This document shows positions 18,176 to 25,656 of a stretch of 64,000 nucleotides of DNA, piece after piece (within the stretch, counting starts at the first letter, position 1; every line of letters starts with the position of its first letter). Origin of the DNA: Gammaproteobacteria bacterium (GTDB lineage Bacteria > Pseudomonadota > Gammaproteobacteria > PS1 > Pseudothioglobaceae). The stretch is taken from positions 719,358-783,357 of the forward strand of contig OZ244244.1 in NCBI GenBank assembly GCA_965217125.1, read 5' to 3'. The notes beneath the pieces are model-generated. The model had not been told where the DNA came from. It ran no database searches and saw only the letters and a list, made by a program, of their open reading frames with translations. Made by a program: the position numbers and the translations under genes.

Positions 18176-21100
18176 ATGAAAAAAATAATCCTAACACTAC
18201 TATTAACCCTCTCAGCCTTAGTTAATGTTAATGCTGTTGCAGCTTTTTCCTTAGATATTGATGGCAATGGGACTATTAACGCCTCTAACGATGGCTTGAT
18301 TATCTTTAAATATTTACTAAACTCTAATGCTAACAATTTACATACTACCATTTCTAGTAATGCAGCTGATGACAGAAAAACAACCGCACAGTTGAAGGCT
18401 TATTTAGATAATTCAGGAGATATTTTAGATATTGATGGCAACGGGACTACTAATGCCTCTAATGATGGCTTGATTGTCTTTAAATATTTACTAAACTCTA
18501 ATGCTAACAATTTACATACTACTATTGCTAGTAATGCACCTGGTAGCAAAACAACAACCATAAATTTGAAGGCTTATTTAGACCAATATATTAGCACTGA
18601 TGTTTCTAACTTGTATTCAGGGGATAGACCTACTGAACTTACAGCAGAACAAATTGCTGATGCTAATGGAGCTGGAACTACTACAGAACATTTAGATGTA
18701 TTAAAAACTGCGGAATTTTCAAATTACGGGGTTTATCTAGATTTATCAGAGAAGCAAATATGGATTGTTGATACAGATGGAAATATAGGAACTGTTTATA
18801 CACGAATAGATCTTGGTGATAATTTCCAACAACTACATTCTTCCTTAAATAATGAAGAATTTCAAGCAATTTATCTTGAAACTATTCAAGCAATATGGGA
18901 TTTAGTAAATCCTGCTGTGGAATCTAGGCTAGATGAACTCAAGTCTATACTTATACAGAATGGCGCTACTTTCGTTGAATTCTTTGAACCTGCTAGTTCT
19001 AGTGCAATGGAGGTGACAATAACATGGGTTAGTAAAGATGGAATTACTGATTCTCACAATTTCGGAGAATTCGATACTCTTGATGATGTAGAGCCTTGGG
19101 CTGATAGACTTCAAGCATTTGAGGATCAAGTAAATCCTCCTACTACTGCCACTTATCAAACTGATCTAGCAGCGATATTTGCTAATGATACTGCTCCAAC
19201 GGAGCTTACTCCTTTATTAACTGCTGAAGCTAATAGAGTTGCTAATATCACAAATTCTTCAATAGCTAAGAGTGAGTTGTTTACTAATCTATCAGGAGAT
19301 GGTGTTACTGTAGTTTATGGAGCAGCAGATGGTAATGAAGTATTCACAGTATCTTCTAACGGAGGTTCTATTTCAAACAATATCATAGCTAATGGAATAA
19401 TTACTATTCCTGCTGTAGATGAAGCTGACGTAAGATCAATATTCTTTGATGTTATATTAGAGAAATGGAATCAACTATATCCTAATGCTGATTTATATTC
19501 AGGGGATAGACCTACTGAACTTACAGCGGAACAAATTGCTGCTGCTAATGGAGCTGTAACTGAGCAGGAACATATAGAGGTATTACAAACTGCGAAATTT
19601 TCTAACTATCGAATTGGATATAGTGCGGGAGAGAGACAAATATGGGTTCTTGATACAGATCTTACGATAGGAACTGTTTATGCAATAATACAACTCCCTA
19701 GTACTTTACAATCATTACGTACTTCTCTAGATCATGCTGAATTTCAAGGATATTTCCTGGAAACTATTCAAGCAATATGGGATTTAATAAATCCTACTAC
19801 TGTTGAAAGTGAAGTAGCAAAACTATATGCTGCTGAAAATGCTCCAACTGAGCTTGGAAGTTTCTTACAAACTTACTTTGAAGCTGAGTCTTTAACTGGA
19901 ATTATTGAAGATTTTGAAAAATTAACTGGTGAGAATTTTACAATAATTGAGTTAGGTTCGAAAGCAGCAACTGGAAACATTTCCATTGGCTATGTTGAAT
20001 TATCTAATAATGATATAATTGATGATCCTAGTGGTACAAACTTTATTGCACTCGATGGACCAAAACTTGCTAACTGGGCTTTAGCTATTGTACAAGCAAT
20101 ATGGGATTTAGAAAATCCTCCAACTCCTGCTGAAATTAAAGCAGCTAATGAATTAAAAATTACTAATCTTGTTGGTTCTTATAGTGTTACTGCTATAACC
20201 ATTTCAGATTCAAATGGTTTATATGCAGATTATGAGCAAACAGGTGTTACTAATTCAGCTGGTGGATCTATAATATCTTTCCACTTTGGGAGCTTTGCTA
20301 ATTTTGGTGTAATAGATCAAGTAACTTATGATACTAAATTCGATGAACTCGTAGCTAAATTGATAGCTGATGAAGTAACTGGACCCACTGTTGAAAGTGA
20401 AATTGCAACTCTTTATGCTGCTGATACTCCTCCAGAGGCTCTTGGTGATCTTATTACTGCTCAAACTGTAACTTTTAATGATTTTACTAATTTACTTGCA
20501 AAATTTAATAAATTTGGAGCTGAATATTCTAGTTTAAGTAATGATACTTTTACATATACTGGAATTGATCCTATATCTCACGCTTCTGGTGATGCAGCTC
20601 AACGAAAAGCTGTATCATTATTGATTGTTACTGCAATATGGCATTTAGGCCATCCTAATTATGTTGCACCAACTCCTTTTGAAATTGAGCTTGCGGCTGT
20701 TTATGATGCACCTAGCCCACCAACTTCGCTTGGAAGTGTTGTTAATGGTGCTGCATTAGCAGTAGAATTTGGTATTGCAGGAATTGCTCCAAGAACTAAT
20801 TTCATTAAATCATTAGCTCATTTTGGTGTTAGTGTAACTTCAGTTCATGATTCTAGTGGTAAACCATCTGAAGCACATTTATCTAATGGTAGTATTATTC
20901 CTAATATTGGAACTAATGATAACATGAATGATATGAGTCCTGCTCAATTTGCAGTTTTCGCTTTTGAAGTTGTTAAAGCATTCTGGCATATAGGAAATCC
21001 TAATTATGTAGACATTAATACTGTTGAAGGTGCACTTATAGCTCTTTATAACGCTGATACTCATCCAACTGAACTTGGAAGTGTTATCAATGATGCTGCT

Positions 21101-22720
21101 GGAGTTGCTTATGATAATCGTAGTGATAACGCAAATGATCCTAGACTAGCATTTATATCTAAACTTAATAAATTCGGTGTTGTATTTGAAGGATTTAATA
21201 ATAGCAATGGTAATCGATATGTTACTTTTGTTGATGATACTATTGATCCAATACAATCTCCTGTTGATGGAATTAATGTTACTACAGCACAATTCCAAGA
21301 ATGGATGTTAAATATTGCTAGAAATATATGGTTATATGGTCATCAAGATTACATATATGAACAAAGAGAAATTGATAGAATAGCTGAAATTTTAGCTATT
21401 GATACTGTTGCTGGCATTTCTATTAATTATGAAGCTCCGACATTTACTATTTCTAATGGTGATAAAGATAATATATCTCAGATAGATATTTCTTATGCTA
21501 TATTGAATGCTTATGATGATACTGATTTTCTTGCTAAGAAAGTTGAAGTACAAACAGCTTACGGTGTTCAATCTACTAATCTTGCTACAAGAACTTCTAG
21601 AAGTAGTGCATTGATAAACGGAAATAAAACTGGTTATGTATCTATTGCTGCTAATTATGATGATAGTAGAGGTGATCTTTTCAATATATCTTATGGAGGC
21701 ACTACACTGCACGAATATGCTGATACGCATTCTGGTGGATACATAAGATTAGAGAATTTAACTAACGATCAATATAGTGCTTTAGATGCTGCAATTACTG
21801 TAAAAGTAGTTGAATTAACTCCTACTGTTGCAAAAGAACTTGCTGCTTGGTTTGCTGATACTGATACTGCTCCGGTAGGATCTGCTCCAGAATGGCTTCC
21901 AACTGCATTGTATGCTAAAGCTAATACACTTAGTAATGGAACTGAAAGATTTGCTCTTATTACAGATGGATTACTTTCAGCTTATGGTGTTACTATAACT
22001 AGAGGAGGTGCAGGTGGAACTGGTGCCACAGTAACAACATTTATATTATCAAAAGGTGATGGATATGATGTTACTTTCGATTGGGGAGCTTATTCTGCTA
22101 ATGGTTTCAATGGTAGCAATGCATCTCCTGAACTATATAGAAATTTAGTATTTGATGTTATTTTAGCTGGATGGAAATTAGTAAATGAGACTAATAACAC
22201 TAAAAGAAGTGATATGTTAGATCAAGATTTAGATATAACTGGTAATGATGTTGAATTAATAACATATGGACAACCAAATTATGATTGGTGGATTTATTTT
22301 AATGTTGATGGACTTCAAATTCCAATATTATCTGGTGGTATAGCTAGTGATCCAATGTATTACAATAAGTACACTGTTAATCCTCATGATACTTACATGA
22401 CGGAAGTAGAATTCCAGAGATTAGTTGTATTTGTTACATTTATGAGAGATAATTTCACAAACTTAAAAGCTATAACTGGTGTACAAAATAGAAGTATTGA
22501 AATACAACAGATGGCTAATGATTTCGGAACTCATGCTACTATATCTGTCCAAAGTGATGGATCACACCATGTTACTTTTGCAAAAAATAACGGTGATACT
22601 CATCTTTATCCAGTTCAATCTAATTGGACTCATGCCGCAGGAACAGGTCTTGAAGACTTAAACCCTGATAGTTGGGTAAAATTCTATGCTAAATGTAGAG
22701 GTATAGCATTAGGAATATAG
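18176..22720 (+). CDS. Giant secreted mosaic protein, family member D (1514 aa)
   Basis: 4.5-kb ORF with the same N-terminal cassette. It has an internal duplication of the YSGDRPTELTAEQIA...IQAIWDL(V/I)NP module (about aa 146-246 and 440-540). The C-terminal domain is shared with A (...SGG.A.DPMY...QSNWTH..G..LE.L..D.WVKFYAKCRGI). Confidence 0.9.
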   Translation: MKKIILTLLLTLSALVNVNAVAAFSLDIDGNGTINASNDGLIIFKYLLNSNANNLHTTISSNAADDRKTTAQLKAYLDNSGDILDIDGNGTTNASNDGLIVFKYLLNSNANNLHTTIASNAPGSKTTTINLKAYLDQYISTDVSNLYSGDRPTELTAEQIADANGAGTTTEHLDVLKTAEFSNYGVYLDLSEKQIWIVDTDGNIGTVYTRIDLGDNFQQLHSSLNNEEFQAIYLETIQAIWDLVNPAVESRLDELKSILIQNGATFVEFFEPASSSAMEVTITWVSKDGITDSHNFGEFDTLDDVEPWADRLQAFEDQVNPPTTATYQTDLAAIFANDTAPTELTPLLTAEANRVANITNSSIAKSELFTNLSGDGVTVVYGAADGNEVFTVSSNGGSISNNIIANGIITIPAVDEADVRSIFFDVILEKWNQLYPNADLYSGDRPTELTAEQIAAANGAVTEQEHIEVLQTAKFSNYRIGYSAGERQIWVLDTDLTIGTVYAIIQLPSTLQSLRTSLDHAEFQGYFLETIQAIWDLINPTTVESEVAKLYAAENAPTELGSFLQTYFEAESLTGIIEDFEKLTGENFTIIELGSKAATGNISIGYVELSNNDIIDDPSGTNFIALDGPKLANWALAIVQAIWDLENPPTPAEIKAANELKITNLVGSYSVTAITISDSNGLYADYEQTGVTNSAGGSIISFHFGSFANFGVIDQVTYDTKFDELVAKLIADEVTGPTVESEIATLYAADTPPEALGDLITAQTVTFNDFTNLLAKFNKFGAEYSSLSNDTFTYTGIDPISHASGDAAQRKAVSLLIVTAIWHLGHPNYVAPTPFEIELAAVYDAPSPPTSLGSVVNGAALAVEFGIAGIAPRTNFIKSLAHFGVSVTSVHDSSGKPSEAHLSNGSIIPNIGTNDNMNDMSPAQFAVFAFEVVKAFWHIGNPNYVDINTVEGALIALYNADTHPTELGSVINDAAGVAYDNRSDNANDPRLAFISKLNKFGVVFEGFNNSNGNRYVTFVDDTIDPIQSPVDGINVTTAQFQEWMLNIARNIWLYGHQDYIYEQREIDRIAEILAIDTVAGISINYEAPTFTISNGDKDNISQIDISYAILNAYDDTDFLAKKVEVQTAYGVQSTNLATRTSRSSALINGNKTGYVSIAANYDDSRGDLFNISYGGTTLHEYADTHSGGYIRLENLTNDQYSALDAAITVKVVELTPTVAKELAAWFADTDTAPVGSAPEWLPTALYAKANTLSNGTERFALITDGLLSAYGVTITRGGAGGTGATVTTFILSKGDGYDVTFDWGAYSANGFNGSNASPELYRNLVFDVILAGWKLVNETNNTKRSDMLDQDLDITGNDVELITYGQPNYDWWIYFNVDGLQIPILSGGIASDPMYYNKYTVNPHDTYMTEVEFQRLVVFVTFMRDNFTNLKAITGVQNRSIEIQQMANDFGTHATISVQSDGSHHVTFAKNNGDTHLYPVQSNWTHAAGTGLEDLNPDSWVKFYAKCRGIALGI

Positions 22721-22820
22721 AATAAACAATGTTATTCCCGTCTTCGGGCGGGATTTAACTTAAATCAAATGGAAAATAAGAATAAAAGGGCAGTGCCACC
22801 TTTATTTTAAAAAAACTTTT
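22721..22820 (+). repeat. Intergenic family unit, copy 4, truncated (no gene follows)
   Basis: UUCG hairpin, then cttaaatcaaatggaaaataagaataaaagggcagtgccacctttatttt-A7-c-tttt. The sequence then switches abruptly into a NERD gene fragment. Confidence 0.8.
22737..22754 (+). terminator. Hairpin TCCCGTC-TTCG-GGCGGGA followed by TTT (3' of paralogue D)
   Basis: Identical to 10248-10265. Confidence 0.6.
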
Positions 22821-23008
22821 ACTCTCTAATATGGCAATTTCAACACAGCTGATAAAAATATGGTCAAATTGTGCCGTAATTCCGCTATGTTCTAAGCGAA
22901 TATCGTGCAAAATAACTGAATTTTCAGAGTTTTTATAATAGGTTTTAATATAGTAAGCATGGTCTTTTTCAGCCTTATACCCATTTTTCAAGTTTTGCAA
23001 TATCCTGT
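22812..23008 (-). pseudogene. Internal fragment (~195 nt) of a NERD-domain gene, frameshifted duplicate of 23966-24161
   Basis: Direct nucleotide alignment with the intact gene downstream (ctaatatggcaatttcaaca...gtaagcatggtctttttcagcc...caagttttgcaatatc). It has a 1-nt indel (cccattttt vs cccatttt) and lacks both gene ends. Confidence 0.85.
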
Positions 23009-23039
23009 ATTAAATTGAGTAACAAAGTAAAGGAGGATA

Positions 23040-23261
23040 ATGATGGCTAGTGATAGAGATACTTACAAATATCATTTAAAAAGAGGCAATAAAATCTTAC
23101 ATACAGGCATTACTAATGACTTACAACGCCGTGAATATGAGCATCAACAAAATTATGGAAACGCAGTTCATATTAAGCAAGTAGGCTATCGCACCACTCG
23201 CGAAGCCGGCTTTCAATGGGAAAAAGAACAAAGAAAAAATGGCAAGCCCGTAGGCCCATAA
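23040..23261 (+). CDS. Small free-standing GIY-YIG-like nuclease-family protein (73 aa)
   Basis: YKYHL.RGNKILHTGITNDLQRREYEH fits GIY..(10-11)..YxGxT.dL..R...H. A strong RBS (aaggagg) lies 6 nt upstream. Confidence 0.55.
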   Translation: MMASDRDTYKYHLKRGNKILHTGITNDLQRREYEHQQNYGNAVHIKQVGYRTTREAGFQWEKEQRKNGKPVGP

Positions 23262-23363
23262 AACATACTATTTTTATAAATATCTACCAATAGTTAAATT
23301 CTCAGTATTTCATAATTTATTTTTGATTTTGGGTCTTAACTATCTAAGGCCCATCTATTTTAT

Positions 23364-24266
23364 TCAATCCACTTCTTTTTTAAATTTGCAATTTGGATAT
23401 CTGCTACAGCCAAAAAATTCATTTGATTTATATTTATCAGGTTTTTTGCTTGCTTTTCTTAATACTAATTTTCCTTGCCTACATCTGGGGCAATCCTGTT
23501 CTAATTTAGGGCTGGAATCCGACTCTTTTTTAAGTTTGGTGGGCATTTTGTATTTTTGAGTGTAGTCAAATATTTTTGGACTATGATTATTGATTAAAAG
23601 ATTGCCGATGTCTTTGATAGTATCCCTTGACACCACTTTGAATAACAGTTTAACTGCTTTAAAAAATCCAATATCATCCGCTTCTTTAACCCATTGGCTA
23701 ACAAAAGCATCTCCTCTAACAAAGCCATCAGGCATTTTTTTATTAGATACAGTAGTTTCAGGATGGATTAACACTTTATGAGTTATTGAAAAACCGCCTA
23801 ATAATTCTATTCTATTGCCAAAAATTTTGCTGTCTTTCAAGAAAGATTTTAATAGCTCTTTATGGCGTTTATTTTGCTCAATTGGATTATGAAATGTTTT
23901 TATTGATTTTTTATATGAAACTTCTAAAGAATTATCATCTTTTATTTCTAAAACGGCGTTTTTATTAAAACTTTTACTTTCTAATATGGCAATTTCAACA
24001 CGGTTGATTAAAATATGGTCAAATTGTGCCGTAATTCCGTTATGTTCTAAGCGAATATCGTGCAAAATAACTGAATTTTCAGAGTCTTTTAAGTAGATGT
24101 CAATATAGTAAGCATGGTCTTTTTCAGCCTTATGCCCATTTTCAAGTTTTGCAATATCTTGTGAGATTAAGGCTTTTTGCTTATCACTTGTGCTATTTTT
24201 AAGTAAGTTATTAAGCACTCGGATGTCGCTTTTATGAGCATCGCTATCAATTTCTTTTAAAATCAT
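23364..24266 (-). CDS. NERD-domain protein with a C-terminal topoisomerase-type C4 zinc finger
   Basis: GHKAEKDHAYYI.....SVILHDIRLE.NG.TAQFDHILINRVEIAILESKSF (NERD core). C-terminal CPRCRQGKLVLRKA.....FFGCSRYPNCKF. Confidence 0.8.
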   Translation of the reverse strand: MILKEIDSDAHKSDIRVLNNLLKNSTSDKQKALISQDIAKLENGHKAEKDHAYYIDIYLKDSENSVILHDIRLEHNGITAQFDHILINRVEIAILESKSFNKNAVLEIKDDNSLEVSYKKSIKTFHNPIEQNKRHKELLKSFLKDSKIFGNRIELLGGFSITHKVLIHPETTVSNKKMPDGFVRGDAFVSQWVKEADDIGFFKAVKLLFKVVSRDTIKDIGNLLINNHSPKIFDYTQKYKMPTKLKKESDSSPKLEQDCPRCRQGKLVLRKASKKPDKYKSNEFFGCSRYPNCKFKKEVD

Positions 24267-24450
24267 AATTTTATAAATACCTCATAATAGTTAGATTGTC
24301 AGTGTTATATTTAACTGCTAATGTTACGCCATAATTCCAACTGATTGTTTAATTAAAAAAACAGCAATATTTTCAGAGTAATTGTATTATAATTTACAGG
24401 GATGGTTTCAGTTTTTTTGATAGTATTTTTAAACAAGCGAGGTTGGAAAA

Positions 24451-24669
24451 ATGAAGTATTTAATCGTAATCGAACAAACTAAAACAGGGTTTTCTGCTTA
24501 TTCTCCTGATGTAGATGGTTGCATTGCTACGGGGAAAACCAAGCAAGAAGTAGAAAATAATATGCAAGAAGCAATGGAATTTCATTTAGAAGGTTTGTTA
24601 ATGGAAAAACAAGAAATTCCACATTCGCATACTTATTCAAACTATTTAGAGGTTGAGGCTACAGCATAA
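24451..24669 (+). CDS. hicB: HicB-family antitoxin-like protein (orphan; no hicA found)
   Basis: 72 aa. MKYLIVIEQTKTGFSAYSPDVDGCIATGKTKQEVENNMQEAMEFHLEGLL matches the HicB N-terminal fold pattern. Confidence 0.7.
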   Translation: MKYLIVIEQTKTGFSAYSPDVDGCIATGKTKQEVENNMQEAMEFHLEGLLMEKQEIPHSHTYSNYLEVEATA

Positions 24670-24685
24670 CAAATTGAAGTTCCGC

Positions 24686-24856
24686 AATTGATATTTTATT
24701 TGCATTTGTGCCTTAAAATAAATCTTTTTTAGTCTTAAATTTCTATGTTCAAAAAATCTCAAACTTTAGTTTAGCAAAAATAGATATTCAAATCGCTGAT
24801 GCAATTATTGCGGAACAGGGCGGCGGAGGCGCATATTGAGTTGCCAGTAAAAATAT
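24686..24856 (+). pseudogene. Degenerate duplicate of the glyA promoter region plus the first ~100 nt of glyA
   Basis: Aligns with 25593-25768: aattgatattttatttgcatttgtgc.ttaaaataaatctttttta.tcttaa...atgttcaaaaaatctcaaactttag...gatattcaaatc..tgatgcaattattgcggaacaggg.cggc.ggaggcgcatattgagttg. The RBS is lost and indels break the frame. Confidence 0.85.
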
Positions 24857-24863
24857 AATTTAA

Positions 24864-24895
24864 CCTGCAAGTGAAAATATAACTTAACTTGCAGG
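24864..24895 (-). terminator. Intrinsic terminator for the 175-aa gene (CCTGCAAGT ... ACTTGCAGG)
   Basis: 9-bp stem just 3' of the minus-strand stop at 24907, followed on the minus strand by a T-rich run (ttaaattatattttt). Confidence 0.6.
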
Positions 24896-24906
24896 GAAAG
24901 CAAGGT

Positions 24907-25434
24907 TTATTTTAAACCTTTGACATGAATATATTGGTCGTCATTGTCAAAATCAAAAGCTTTAACATCATGCGTTTTACCATCAGGTGAAACTATTTTT
25001 ATCGGCCAATATTCGCCATTAGCTGCAACTACTTTAACATCTAAATGGTTGGCATCGCTTATTATTGCGCTAACATCATGATGTTTACCGTTTTTATCAA
25101 TTGCCTTAATGTCTAAATGTTTTTTATCATCAGAAACAGCCATAATAGCATGATGTTTTTTATGACCTGAATCAACTGCCTTAACATGATACTTTACATT
25201 ATCTAAACCATCATTTAACACTTTAATATCTAAAATGTGATTATTCTCATCAAAAAATGCCTTAACATTATGAAGCCTGCCTTTGCTATCAACGGCTTTA
25301 ATTGCTATCAACTCTTCACCGTTTGGGTGAATTCCTTTGACATGCCAAGCAGTCATTTCTGCTTGAGAAGCTACCGTTACTGCCATAATACTAACAAATA
25401 TTGATGGAATTACTAATTTTGAAAAAATATTCAT
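24907..25434 (-). CDS. Exported His-rich repeat protein (175 aa), function unknown
   Basis: Signal peptide MNIFSKLVIPSIFVSIMAVTVASQA. It then has about 7 degenerate units of ~20-22 aa of the type (L/H)(D/H)(V/I)KA(V/I/F)D..G..H.V. Confidence 0.7.
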   Translation of the reverse strand: MNIFSKLVIPSIFVSIMAVTVASQAEMTAWHVKGIHPNGEELIAIKAVDSKGRLHNVKAFFDENNHILDIKVLNDGLDNVKYHVKAVDSGHKKHHAIMAVSDDKKHLDIKAIDKNGKHHDVSAIISDANHLDVKVVAANGEYWPIKIVSPDGKTHDVKAFDFDNDDQYIHVKGLK

Positions 25435-25656
25435 AATAAAAATCCTTAAAATTGATTAAAAAAATATAACACTATGCTTTGTTATCCAAACCTATTAAAA
25501 AACAGCTAACAAAAACACGATGAACATTTTAACCGATATTCGACACTATAGTGTCAAGTATTTGTATAAAAAACAGCAATATTTTAAGTGATAATTGATA
25601 TTTTATTTGCATTTGTGCGTTAAAATAAATCTTTTTTAATCTTAAGCAGGAGTTAT

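Noticed and set aside
6717-22820. Whether the repeated intergenic units or conserved 5' blocks could be a CRISPR array or a diversity-generating retroelement (TR/VR) system
   Set aside because: The repeat units are ~115-150 nt and are separated by 3-4.5-kb protein-coding genes rather than 30-40-nt spacers. There are no cas genes. There is no reverse transcriptase, and no template/variable repeat pair with adenine-specific differences is visible.
23323-23968. Plus-strand ORFs 23323-23559, 23590-23781 and 23786-23968
   Set aside because: All lie antisense to the well-supported NERD/zinc-finger gene and have a low-complexity hydrophobic composition.
24267-24450. Search for a hicA toxin partner upstream of hicB
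   Set aside because: Only a 26-codon ORF without HicA features is present. This region is instead a piece of the duplicated glyA leader, so hicB is reported as an orphan.
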